A stretch of 64,000 nt of DNA from an uncultured Bdellovibrionales bacterium (lineage in GTDB: Bacteria; Bdellovibrionota_C; UBA2361; SZUA-149), in the NCBI GenBank assembly GCA_965366815.1, contig CBDUGV010000001.1, forward strand, positions 10,916 to 74,915. Direction: 5' to 3'. Below, in pieces: positions 44,703-54,314 of this stretch. Both the position numbers and the translations under genes were made by a program. Within the stretch, counting starts at the first letter, position 1, and every line of letters starts with the position of its first letter. The notes below the pieces were generated by a model. That model was given only the letters and a program-made list of their open reading frames with translations. It searched no databases and was not told where the DNA came from.

Positions 44703-46109
44703 TTAGGCCTGTCGTACTGCGGAGAGGAACTTCAACAAAGACTGTATTTTACGCCCTAACCAGAGCTTTTGCACGTTGCGGTTGAGGAAAGTAACCGTCC
44801 GATGGCCGAAAGACGTCATTGCATAGGCTTGACCCCAGAGCATTTCTGCCTGTTGTCGGGCAACCAGCAGAGTTGGTCCGAGCCGATGCTGCCCCAATTT
44901 CCGCCACTCGATAAGCTCGGCAAGCGCCGTTTGGGAGTCCGGAGCAACCTTCTGTAGTTGATCGCGCAAACTCAGCAATTCCTCTCGCTCTGAACCAGCT
45001 TGCTCCGCCGCGGCCAAGAGTTTCTTGATCTTTGCAGCTTGAAGAGAAATCGTTTGTTCATAAGCAGCCGTATTATTCGAGTCGGCGTTCCTTCCTTGTT
45101 TGAGATCCTTTTTGAGTAGATCAATCTCTTCAAATCGCTTTCGATCCAGGGCTTGATAGTGGGTGAGCTCCGCTTGCAAATGCTGCAATTCCCGGGCGGC
45201 CTGACCCATGCGCTCAATCTCGAGACGTTCGTTCGTGTCGAGCAGCACGCTGTGCGTTTGCCGATTCGGAATTTCGCTCGGTGAGGCAATTGCATAGAGA
45301 AAGGTGCCCTCCGCCGAGGATGAATCACTCAATGAAGCGACGAGCCCAACTGGGTTCAGCCAATTAACAAACTTAGCATGCGTAAGTGATGGTGCCTCGG
45401 AATCTGTCTCAATTGGAAATATGCAGTTTGCCGATGCTCCAATCTGAGAATAGAGCTGCACATGGGCAAAACTCTGGCGAAGCAGGGAGCGGAACTCGTT
45501 TTTTGTGAGCTCATGTTCGTGAAACTCATTCGGCTCAGTTCTATGCTCTGCATAGATTTCTTTTTCCGGCGTACTGACAAGAAAAAGAGTTTTTTCGTGA
45601 AACGGGGACTCAGCAGAGGCAATTATCTTACAAAGTTGAGCTTGAGTCTCTGAGGGTACATGCTCAATGAACTCATGACACACCACTACGTCAATGCGCC
45701 TGTCTTTGATTGCCGATATCTGTGCAAGCTGCGTAGCATCGCCGCACACACATTGGATGTTATCGATGCCCGTTGTAGAAACACAGTCCTCCAACGCAGC
45801 TATGCATGTTTCACTGCGGTCGAGCGAGATCACCTGTTTGGCTCGCTCTGAGAGCAACACACTGCCATAGCCAATACCACACCCCAAATCGAGTACCGTG
45901 GTCGTGGAATCAATGAACTGCAATGCGAATGCATAGCGACTGTAGTGCTCATAACAGATCTCAACACCGGCTCCAGGGATATACTGCTCTCCGGTGAATG
46001 CCATTTTCCCCGAAAGCGCAGATATCGCCTTATCAAAACGAGTGGTCAACGGCGTGGTTCCTTCTGTCGTCGGCATGCTTCGTTGAGTATTGTCTTTACT
46101 CATAGCCAA
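44703..46109 (-). CDS. class I SAM-dependent methyltransferase with C-terminal coiled-coil domain
   Basis: Motif I VLDLGCGIGYGS. C-terminal 180 aa Ala/Glu/Leu/Gln-rich coiled coil. Overlaps upstream GT gene end. Confidence 0.7.
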   Translation of the reverse strand: MAMSKDNTQRSMPTTEGTTPLTTRFDKAISALSGKMAFTGEQYIPGAGVEICYEHYSRYAFALQFIDSTTTVLDLGCGIGYGSVLLSERAKQVISLDRSETCIAALEDCVSTTGIDNIQCVCGDATQLAQISAIKDRRIDVVVCHEFIEHVPSETQAQLCKIIASAESPFHEKTLFLVSTPEKEIYAEHRTEPNEFHEHELTKNEFRSLLRQSFAHVQLYSQIGASANCIFPIETDSEAPSLTHAKFVNWLNPVGLVASLSDSSSAEGTFLYAIASPSEIPNRQTHSVLLDTNERLEIERMGQAARELQHLQAELTHYQALDRKRFEEIDLLKKDLKQGRNADSNNTAAYEQTISLQAAKIKKLLAAAEQAGSEREELLSLRDQLQKVAPDSQTALAELIEWRKLGQHRLGPTLLVARQQAEMLWGQAYAMTSFGHRTVTFLNRNVQKLWLGRKIQSLLKFLSAVRQA

Positions 46110-47947
46110 GCTCTCTCTGTCATGCGGTTGTTCTTTTTCGCTGCGAGCATTCCCTGCCGCAGTTGATTCTCAATCGAATCCTTAAACGCTGGAAAAGAAT
46201 GTGCATCGGCTTGCTGTAGGCAGTTTACAAACAATCGTTGATGGAAGGCTTTTCCAAACTGAGAACTAAGCAAAGACATAACGTCTTTCAGTTCATCACT
46301 ATCAGCAAAGCAATACCCGCTCGAACCATGGTCGACGATGTGGGTCATACCGCCGCGATGATAGACAACTGGAATAACCCCGTAACAATAACAATCGAGT
46401 GCGACGAGGCCGAGGTGTTCACAGCGTTCTGGCTGCTTTCCGAAACCCAACTGAATTCCTGTAAATTGCCAAAGACAGGAGGCGCGCCGATAGAGCGATT
46501 GTAAAGAATCGAGCGTTGCATTGGTGCGTATTTCAACATTTGAGTCCTGAGCCGCAGCCCGGCATTGGTCGACGTAGGCATTGTTTTCGGGACTTTCATT
46601 GACGTAGCCAGCGACAACCATTCTCCATTCGGAGTCAAGTACACCCTGTTTGCTGAGTTTCACAAATTCCTGGATAGCTTCCAGTTGGCATTTGTTGTGC
46701 CCCTTGACGTTAAAGCGTCCCAAAGTGAGGATCAACTTTTCCTTCTCCCAAAGTGAGACTGGATTCCTACTGATATGTGTCTCAGAGATCGGAGGAGCGA
46801 GCACCGCGGTTGGTAAGTTCGCGGCCCAACGAGTGTGTACATACTCCCTGGTGAAGTGAGAATTACAAGCTATCAGCTGGTAACTACCCAAGCGCTGTAA
46901 CTCATCGGCGGTATTAGGGTAGGGGAACATAACCATGTACCAGCCCAGTGGCGCTGGGTTAGCCATATAAGAGCAAAAAGTGTGATTTACAAAAAGTTCT
47001 ATGTTCTCGGTGCGCACAGCTTCGGCGAGTTCTACTTCACTAAGGTACTGCTTCAAGGGCCAGTTGTACGACTTTGGAATTCCGAAAGAAGCTTTGAGCT
47101 TCTCCATACAGACGTCGGTGAGCTGAGCCGTGGCAAGGGTAACGTCGAATCCAAGATTGTCGAGTGCCAGTGCAAGGTCAAGCGTTGAACGCTCACCCCC
47201 TCCAGCGGTGTGAAAATAATTGTTGTATATCAGCGCACGCGGTCGATATCCGACTCTGCTACGAAACGCTGCCGTCGTGCGGTGAGTGACCCGTCGAGCT
47301 GCGAGTGCGACTGGTTTCTGCAGTTTGGCTCTAATTCTAATCGCGGAGCTGTGCTCAGAGGTTTGCAATCCAAGCACCTCGAATAGATGCTGGAAGGCTT
47401 GCAGTGTGTTGTTTTCAGCGTAGATAGTGCCGAAAAAACCACTTGGTATCAGTTGATCGAGAAAGGTTCTAAACGGATTCTTTGATAGGGGTGTGGATAG
47501 CGTTTGAGGCGTCAAATTCGCTTCATTCTGCAACTGACAGAGAAAGACTCCGTTCTTGAGAAGATTGAAATAGGCGCTGTGCAGTAGTGCGAGTAGACCA
47601 TTTTTTTCCGAAAGTCTACTTTCGAACAGATCTGATCCAAGCACTACCACAAAATCAAGCCAAGGTTCAGCATTTTCCAGCTGCGCAATTGCATCTGTTG
47701 AATCGTCAAATTGAATGACCGCAAGGTCTGCGATACGACCCAACTGCTCCCGAAGTGTTCTCTTCAAGGGAGAGTGAGTCAACAAGGCTACCTGCGGTCG
47801 CATCGTCGGATTACGATCAATCCACTCAGACAACAGCTGACACAAAACGCTCAGGAGATAAGGATCGGCAATACCTTTAAGAAGCTCCCAGTCAACTAGA
47901 GAAGCGGCCGCACTTGAATCGTTCCTGAAATTGAGCACCTGACTCAT
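46100..47947 (-). CDS. glycosyltransferase, GT-B fold (GT4-like) with N-terminal extra domain
   Basis: C-terminal region with E...G GT4-type motif EHLGLVALDCYCYGVIPVV; 615 aa. Confidence 0.55.
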   Translation of the reverse strand: MSQVLNFRNDSSAAASLVDWELLKGIADPYLLSVLCQLLSEWIDRNPTMRPQVALLTHSPLKRTLREQLGRIADLAVIQFDDSTDAIAQLENAEPWLDFVVVLGSDLFESRLSEKNGLLALLHSAYFNLLKNGVFLCQLQNEANLTPQTLSTPLSKNPFRTFLDQLIPSGFFGTIYAENNTLQAFQHLFEVLGLQTSEHSSAIRIRAKLQKPVALAARRVTHRTTAAFRSRVGYRPRALIYNNYFHTAGGGERSTLDLALALDNLGFDVTLATAQLTDVCMEKLKASFGIPKSYNWPLKQYLSEVELAEAVRTENIELFVNHTFCSYMANPAPLGWYMVMFPYPNTADELQRLGSYQLIACNSHFTREYVHTRWAANLPTAVLAPPISETHISRNPVSLWEKEKLILTLGRFNVKGHNKCQLEAIQEFVKLSKQGVLDSEWRMVVAGYVNESPENNAYVDQCRAAAQDSNVEIRTNATLDSLQSLYRRASCLWQFTGIQLGFGKQPERCEHLGLVALDCYCYGVIPVVYHRGGMTHIVDHGSSGYCFADSDELKDVMSLLSSQFGKAFHQRLFVNCLQQADAHSFPAFKDSIENQLRQGMLAAKKNNRMTERAWL

Positions 47948-49326
47948 CCTTTATCCGGTAGATGGTGAGGAAACGCTTTGAGACGTTTTCCGGGCTGGAT
48001 AAAGAGGTTCTGGAGACGATTTTTCGCAAAATAAGGGAATCGCTTGATGTATCGACAATAGGCGGTCAAATGAGGCTTATAGGACAGCGTCCCATCAATT
48101 TTGAAAGTTTGAAACTCTTGGAAGGCGAGCTTCTTACATTCTTGTTTCTTTGCCTGCCAGCCCTTCTGACTCATCATTTTGCTCGCAAAGATCAAATGCG
48201 AGCAGGCAACGTTCTTATTAAAGTAGTCAGAGAATTCAACTCCACTGCCACAGTGTATATGTCGAAGAACCGACCGTGGAGCGTAGACGCATTTCCAGCC
48301 GGCAATGCGAGCGCGCAAGCAGAGGTCCGTATCTTCGTAATAGGCAAAATACTTCTCGTCGAATCCGCCAGTCTCCGTCCAAACCGCATCACGGACAAAC
48401 ATAGAAACACCGCAGATAGAGGCACATTCTTCCTCCTGATCGAAGCGTCCGTCGTCAGGCTGTAGAAATCCACGATCTCCCCCGTGCCAGCTCGGCGTAA
48501 CGAAGGAGCCGGCGTTTTGTACGAGACTTTGATATTGCTCTGGGAGTAGTTCGATTCGAACGGTTTCCGAATGGTGTCCGCTCACCGTTACCTCTAGAAT
48601 CTTCTCTTGCTTCGGAGCGCCAATGCGCACGCGCAGCTGATCTTCTGTCGGGTGGCGGTTTTCGAGTTGAAAGGAAATTGACGCCTTCTTGCTTGGGTCA
48701 ACAATCGGAACATAGAATATACTTTCTTGCGCGAGTGGGCAGCCGGCTTCTTCCTTAGAGTATGCATTCACCAACTTGCAGCGCTTCATTTCAGTTCGCA
48801 CATTTTGACCTTCAAAGGTCGAATGGAGAAATACACCGAATTCTCGATCATCGGGGAAGCCAAGCTCCGAGGGTCGATAGCAGTCATAGGTGCTTATAGT
48901 GAGCGGTACAAAATGGTCGTAGAACAGCGCTTTACTGCCAACGATGCCGACATCCGCATCGCGTTCCAGCACTTCGGCAGCACCGAGCAACCAGTTGTGC
49001 TCTACTTTCGTGTCGTTATTGAGCAACACATGCACATCTGCCTGGCGACCTTCCAGTGCGAGCTGCTTTTTTCTGGCAATCACACCGAGATTATTCCCCT
49101 TGGAAAAGCCGTAGTTGTTGCCAAGCGGGATATAGTTCACTTCGGGAAAATCCTTTGCCACAAGAGCTTGGGACCGGTCAGTTGACCCATTGTCGACTAC
49201 ATTGACGTTGAGAGAATTCGAGCCCAGCTCTACGCTGCGAAGACTCTTCAAACACTCAGGCAAAAAGACTGAGCCGTTGTAATTAAGTATATAAACCTCG
49301 AAGTGTGCCACCAGTTGCCTTTCCAT
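47944..49326 (-). CDS. family 2 glycosyltransferase with C-terminal extension
   Basis: VYILNYNGSVFL...VVDNGSTDRS and DxD. 460 aa. ATGA overlap with downstream gene. Confidence 0.8.
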   Translation of the reverse strand: MERQLVAHFEVYILNYNGSVFLPECLKSLRSVELGSNSLNVNVVDNGSTDRSQALVAKDFPEVNYIPLGNNYGFSKGNNLGVIARKKQLALEGRQADVHVLLNNDTKVEHNWLLGAAEVLERDADVGIVGSKALFYDHFVPLTISTYDCYRPSELGFPDDREFGVFLHSTFEGQNVRTEMKRCKLVNAYSKEEAGCPLAQESIFYVPIVDPSKKASISFQLENRHPTEDQLRVRIGAPKQEKILEVTVSGHHSETVRIELLPEQYQSLVQNAGSFVTPSWHGGDRGFLQPDDGRFDQEEECASICGVSMFVRDAVWTETGGFDEKYFAYYEDTDLCLRARIAGWKCVYAPRSVLRHIHCGSGVEFSDYFNKNVACSHLIFASKMMSQKGWQAKKQECKKLAFQEFQTFKIDGTLSYKPHLTAYCRYIKRFPYFAKNRLQNLFIQPGKRLKAFPHHLPDKG

Positions 49327-50173
49327 TGTACGGTGCTAAGGTAATCCATAGCTTAATTATCTTTTTTTTTAGAAAGCGTCCAACTTATGAATGCGGCAAT
49401 TCTAAAAGCAGTAGCCTGTCCACTGTTGCTCTCGCGACCAGTGCTACTAATCGAAAAGTTCAATCTTCAAATGCAGTTACAAGGGTGGTGGTTGCCAGTC
49501 AATAGTGCAGATACGGGCTCGTACCTTATGGGCCAACAGAGCAAAGTAGTTATTTCAAGCGGTTCTGACGTGCTTCTCAAAGTCGAATTTGTCGTCGATG
49601 CCTTCCAGGGAGAGCCCCAGGGTCTCAAAGTGCACCAAGGAGATAGGGAGATATTTTCAAGATCTGAGCAAGACATGGCCATGGAACTGGGACTTAGACA
49701 ACAAATGTACTGCTCAGCGGCACAAGGGCCAAATGAGCTAATATTCTCAACTTCCTCGACCTCTCGGGCCGTTTCTACCGTATTTTGCACTTTTGTCGAC
49801 ATGCTCCCGTTGTCGACGAGGCGGAATAATTTCTAATGTTCCAGTAATATCAGGGACTTATTAGATTTATGCCTATTTTCCCACGAAAGGGCACGGTTTT
49901 TTCTGAAGCAAAACTCGTTCCAACTTTGATTAGCTTACAAGAGCTGAGTTACTAAGCTTGATGCTGAAGCCTTTATTGGCGGAAGCTGTGCTGGTGGTGT
50001 GGTGGTTGCTTCTTAGTGATTTCAGTTTGGTTCAGTAATCCCCTTCGCGACCTGCTATTAATGTAATCCCGTTAAATGAAGGTCGTTGGAGGGGTTCTTT
50101 TTTGCTTTCGCTACTAGATTCCGTCGATCGACGAGAGCCTTTCTAGTCTTACCGTTTAATTTTATGATAGAAG

Positions 50174-50536
50174 ATGCAAGCCATGCAAGCTGGCTTTCTG
50201 AGAAGCGTACAGATTTGGAGTGATAGCACTATGTCGAAGGGATTTGATGAAATGCGTAGAGCCAAAGAAGGCTCCTATTTCGAGAAGAAGAATCGCGAGG
50301 CACTCGAGCGACTAGCTAAGAAGCAAGAGGAAACGGCTCCACGAATGAGCCCAATTACTGGCGAGCCGATGGTCCAGGAAGTACTTAATGGCGTGGTCAT
50401 TGATCGCTGTGAAAAGTCCGGTGGTATTTGGCTCGATGCTGGTGAGTTGGAAGAATTGATCGAGGCCGCACTTTCCGATGAAGAGGAAAAGAAAGCGGGG
50501 ATTACGGGATTTCTTCGGGCGCTGTCGGGCAAGTAG
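50174..50536 (+). CDS. zinc-ribbon (zf-TFIIB-like) domain protein
   Basis: [19 protein letters not shown] matches the C..C..G.WLD.GEL zinc-ribbon pattern. 6 bp upstream of queF. Confidence 0.45.
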   Translation: MQAMQAGFLRSVQIWSDSTMSKGFDEMRRAKEGSYFEKKNREALERLAKKQEETAPRMSPITGEPMVQEVLNGVVIDRCEKSGGIWLDAGELEELIEAALSDEEEKKAGITGFLRALSGK

Positions 50537-50541
50537 GTTTC

Positions 50542-50898
50542 GTGACGACTCAAGCATCAAAAGATTTACAGACGTTTCCCAATCCCTGTCCAGAGCGCGA
50601 TTACGATATCCACTTTCGTATTCCAGAGTTCAGCTGTCTTTGTCCTGTTACGGGGCAGCCGGACTTTGCCTGCTTTGACATTACCTATATCCCAGATCAA
50701 CTCTGTGTAGAGCTGAAGTCGCTTAAGCTTTATTTCTGGTCGTTTCGCGATGAGGGACATTTTCACGAGGCGGTGACCAATCGCATATTAGATGATCTTG
50801 TCAAGCTGTTACAGCCGCGGCGAATTGAGGTCCTTGGTGATTTTAATGTTCGCGGTGGGATCTACACGAAAGTACGAGTGCAGTACGTCAAAGAGTAA
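50542..50898 (+). CDS. queF: NADPH-dependent 7-cyano-7-deazaguanine (preQ0) reductase, unimodular type
   Basis: Catalytic Cys in [13 protein letters not shown]. QueF motif [15 protein letters not shown]-terminal GDFNVRGG. Confidence 0.85.
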   Translation: MTTQASKDLQTFPNPCPERDYDIHFRIPEFSCLCPVTGQPDFACFDITYIPDQLCVELKSLKLYFWSFRDEGHFHEAVTNRILDDLVKLLQPRRIEVLGDFNVRGGIYTKVRVQYVKE

Positions 50899-50909
50899 TC
50901 ACTTTCGAA

Positions 50910-52379
50910 TTAAGAGCTAGCAGCAGCTTTTTTCTTAGCGGCCAACTCCTTTAGTATTTTTGCGTGTCGTTCTGCGGTCAGCGGATACTTGATCGAGAGT
51001 ATCGCTGCTGCGATGAGCAGCATCGCCGGGGCAGGTCCGATCAAAAAGCGAATCGCTGCACCTGCCATCGGTGATTGTGCGACGTTGGCAGTGTAGCCGG
51101 CAAGCCAGAGAATAAAAGCCGAAATCAAAAAAGCGATTCCAGTAGCAGCTTTGTAGGCAAACGTAGTTCCACCGTAGAAAAGACCTTCTCTTCGAAGTCC
51201 GGTCTTTAATTGATCGTATTCGACTACATCCGGAACGATTGCCCAGGGTAAGGTTAAAGCTGCGGCATAGGCAAAGCCAAGAATTGCCGAGATGAGATAG
51301 ATCCAATTGCCGACACCAGGGCCGACAAAGGGCATGCCGCAAAGCACATATACATAAAACAGCATCGCAAAACGATAACACTCGGTTTTTCCGAAGCGTT
51401 TTGCGAGCCCCACCCAGATAGGGACCGAAAGTATAGCCGCAGAAAAAATCGTCAGCAGAATCCGTGGGCGGGCCTCCGACATTTCCAGTACATACTCAAT
51501 GTAGTAGGCCAGATTCGCTGCTTGAAGAGTTGCGGCACAATTGCTCAGTAGGAGAATCAGGACTGAGATAAGAAAAGGGCGGTTGCCCATGAGTTCTTCG
51601 AGAATTGATGAAGCATAGCTGAGCGGTGTCTTATTATTCGTTCCATCATCTGGCTTCTCATCAACGTCACGCTCGGTTGTGCCGAAGAACGTTATCAAGA
51701 TCGAGATAACCATTACCAGGCCAAAGAGCGCTGCGACAATCATATGCCCTTGTCGCGCGGTCCCAGCCCAAGTTCCAAAGTATTGATTAAACGAATGGGA
51801 CGCTTCAGATTGCTCGACTCGATCAATGAGCCACGGAGTAAGGGAGGCTCCAAAGAGAAAAGCAATCTGCGAACAAAACATTCGATACCCAGTGAGCGAC
51901 GTGCGCTCATTGTAGTCGTTGGAAATCGCGGCGGTCAGGGAGGTATAGGGGACAAAGATAACAGTCAGGCAGGTGTTGAACACGATAAGCGCGATCGTCA
52001 CATAGACAAAAGTCTGCTTCTGGCTGGAAAATTCGGGCACTGCCCAGAGCATAAAGTAGGCAACAGCGTAAGGTACCGAGCCGTAGAGGAGATAGGGAAG
52101 GCGTTTTCCCCAGCGAGACTTCGTGTGGTCAGTTATCCAACCCATAATTGGGTCGGTGAGCGCATCCCAGAGTCGGCCGATCATTACCGCCGCTCCGGCG
52201 AGCAATACGAGAAGCCCCACAACATCGGTCAGGTAATACTGATACCAGACGGAAACTGAGGAAACGGCCAGTCCATTGCTTATGTCCCCCAGGCCGTATG
52301 CAACCTTTTCTTTGAACGTCAGTTTACTGGAAGTCGTCTTTTTTTCGGACATAACCACTTGATAAGACAATAGAAACAA
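50910..52379 (-). CDS. MFS transporter, glycoside-pentoside-hexuronide:cation symporter (MelB-like) family
   Basis: 489 aa, 12 predicted TM helices, GPH-like N-terminal GLGDISNG...W motif region. Confidence 0.65.
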   Translation of the reverse strand: MFLLSYQVVMSEKKTTSSKLTFKEKVAYGLGDISNGLAVSSVSVWYQYYLTDVVGLLVLLAGAAVMIGRLWDALTDPIMGWITDHTKSRWGKRLPYLLYGSVPYAVAYFMLWAVPEFSSQKQTFVYVTIALIVFNTCLTVIFVPYTSLTAAISNDYNERTSLTGYRMFCSQIAFLFGASLTPWLIDRVEQSEASHSFNQYFGTWAGTARQGHMIVAALFGLVMVISILITFFGTTERDVDEKPDDGTNNKTPLSYASSILEELMGNRPFLISVLILLLSNCAATLQAANLAYYIEYVLEMSEARPRILLTIFSAAILSVPIWVGLAKRFGKTECYRFAMLFYVYVLCGMPFVGPGVGNWIYLISAILGFAYAAALTLPWAIVPDVVEYDQLKTGLRREGLFYGGTTFAYKAATGIAFLISAFILWLAGYTANVAQSPMAGAAIRFLIGPAPAMLLIAAAILSIKYPLTAERHAKILKELAAKKKAAASS

Positions 52380-52625
52380 TTCCGGCTCAAATTGCCTAGG
52401 GATTATTGCTAGTTATTTAGAGTACTTAGCCCCTACCTGTACGCCAATCCCCTAAACCTGACAAGTATGGTTGACAAAAAGGCGTAAATTCACTACTCAT
52501 TTGCTGAGGATTGAAGCATAACTATGAAGAATCAAGACTATAGAATATCCAAGTGCTCAATAATGAACGAAGTGGTGGTGGAAATGCGTGGTGTGTCTCG
52601 GCACTTTATACTCGGCAAACGCTTG

Positions 52626-53420
52626 ATGCGTAGTGCAGCTTTTATTTGCCTATTTTTCTGTGGGTTGTTGGTTGGAGTCCTGTTCGGACTAACTTCAACA
52701 GCGAATGCAGTCACATTGGATAATGCAGGACAGGTGCGAGATGGCGTAAGTGTCGCCAGCCTCCTAGGCACGAGCTACGATGGCCCGGACTTCGATGCAT
52801 TCAAACCATTCCAAGGCTTTTCTGGCTCAGATATTCTCTCCTTAAGTTCGTTCACCGGACAAGCGAACGGTTCTCAACTTTCAGCAATTCTTCTTTCGGA
52901 AGCAGCGTGTTTCGACGGTAGAAACCCGAACTTGGCGAACAACTTTGGTGTCGTCGATGCTGCAGGAAATTTTATGTCGATTCTCGATACTGCAAATGTA
53001 GACCCAGGTGGAACGGGACTGATTGCCCAGGGTGCTGACGACGAGTTTACCTTTGCTTTGCAGAGCCCTGAAGCCTTGTTTAGTGCTGATGATAAGGCCA
53101 ATGCTGATGGCCGCGCCCATTTGATAGCGATGCAGGTCGATAAAGATACTACTATTACAATTGACCGACCGACGACTCGAGGCACCCCAGCAGTTAGCTT
53201 CGAGCTCTTTGCCGGCGATATCATTATTTTCATCGAAGATATGCTTGCCAGTGGCAATACCACGACAAGTCTAGTTCCTGGTCTTGGTGACTTTGATTAC
53301 AACGATATGGTCGTCGTAGTTCGCCAAACTGAAGTTCCCGAACCAAGCACATTGGCCTTGATGGGAATGGCGCTGTTGGGCCTCGGCAAGAAGCGACGAC
53401 GACGCAGTTTGCCAAGCTAA
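52626..53420 (+). CDS. PEP-CTERM sorting-signal protein (exosortase substrate)
   Basis: C-terminus VPEPSTLALMGMALLGLGKKRRRRSLPS (PEP motif + TM + basic tail). Signal peptide from M at 52626; upstream in-frame ATGs at 52524/52563/52584 are possible. Confidence 0.75.
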   Translation: MRSAAFICLFFCGLLVGVLFGLTSTANAVTLDNAGQVRDGVSVASLLGTSYDGPDFDAFKPFQGFSGSDILSLSSFTGQANGSQLSAILLSEAACFDGRNPNLANNFGVVDAAGNFMSILDTANVDPGGTGLIAQGADDEFTFALQSPEALFSADDKANADGRAHLIAMQVDKDTTITIDRPTTRGTPAVSFELFAGDIIIFIEDMLASGNTTTSLVPGLGDFDYNDMVVVVRQTEVPEPSTLALMGMALLGLGKKRRRRSLPS

Positions 53421-53428
53421 AGGTAACT

Positions 53429-53457
53429 GGCAGAGACACATCTGCGAAAGGCGTCTC
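53429..53457 (+). terminator. hairpin CAGAGAC-N15-GTCTCTG after the PEP-CTERM gene (possible intrinsic terminator)
   Basis: 7-bp perfect stem 9 nt after the stop; weak T-tract. Confidence 0.3.
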
Positions 53458-53591
53458 TGGAATAAATTTAGCTCACAACTCGGGTTAGGTCTTTGCCACC
53501 TAACTCGAACCAGCCTCAAACTTTATTTACTTTAAAATCGTGATATTGCCGCCTTCTTGAGGTATACTCTACGGTAACAGCAGCGGGAGAA

Positions 53592-54248
53592 TTGCCGCAG
53601 CATTTTTGTCACAAACTAGCAGCATCGATTTGTATGTCTAACGGCGCGACTTTAAATTCACGATTGCGAGTATTGGTTGCTAAAACCTTTCGGGCTGAGA
53701 AACTCTACAGCTCTATTCGCAACAAGAAACAAAGCGATACGATTTCCGTCTCAGCGCTGTCTGATCTCGCAAACGAGGTTCGTGCAAAGGAGTGGCAGAA
53801 TGCCCATTACCAACTTCGGACTGCGCTCAACGATGTGTTGTCCCAAGGTGGCAGTTCGCAGCAAAGCAAGGATTTGTTGCTGCTCCGTGAGCAGTTTGCC
53901 AAGCGTGCGAAAGAGGCCGCTGTTGCGGTAGAGAACGGAGTTCGAACGCTCAATGAGACTGCAAAGCGGCAAGAATTTGCCCATGTGTTTAAGCTTTCTT
54001 TAGAGCTTGTTCAACACAAAGCACGTGCCCAAGCGAGCAAGGTAATTTCTGAAGAACTTACTTCTCTGCTGAATAAGGCTGGCCGCTCGACTGATGCGAG
54101 TGGACTGGAAGACATTTCAAGCGATCATTTTGGGCTCGAAGCTGTCGCGATGCAGGAATCTGCAGAAGACGTCTTAGAAGAAGAACTACCTTCGAATGTG
54201 GTTTCTCTACTCAGTCGACGCGCTGCGGGGAGTCGACGAAACCGCTAA
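53592..54248 (+). CDS. hypothetical alpha-helical protein
   Basis: ORF only. Confidence 0.35.
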   Translation: MPQHFCHKLAASICMSNGATLNSRLRVLVAKTFRAEKLYSSIRNKKQSDTISVSALSDLANEVRAKEWQNAHYQLRTALNDVLSQGGSSQQSKDLLLLREQFAKRAKEAAVAVENGVRTLNETAKRQEFAHVFKLSLELVQHKARAQASKVISEELTSLLNKAGRSTDASGLEDISSDHFGLEAVAMQESAEDVLEEELPSNVVSLLSRRAAGSRRNR

Positions 54249-54314
54249 ATAGAGGTCTGTTTCTTCCCCCCTTTGCTTTTGCCCTTCTTGGTGTATCGCG
54301 CTAAAGAATAATTC

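Noticed and set aside
49387-49836. 149-aa ORF as a real gene
   Set aside because: No RBS, atypical composition and surrounding AT-rich non-coding DNA. Kept only as a note in findings.
50100-50180. preQ1 riboswitch upstream of the zinc-ribbon/queF pair
   Set aside because: No P1 stem plus A-rich tail resembling the preQ1-I or preQ1-II consensus could be recognised by eye. Left for an Rfam scan.
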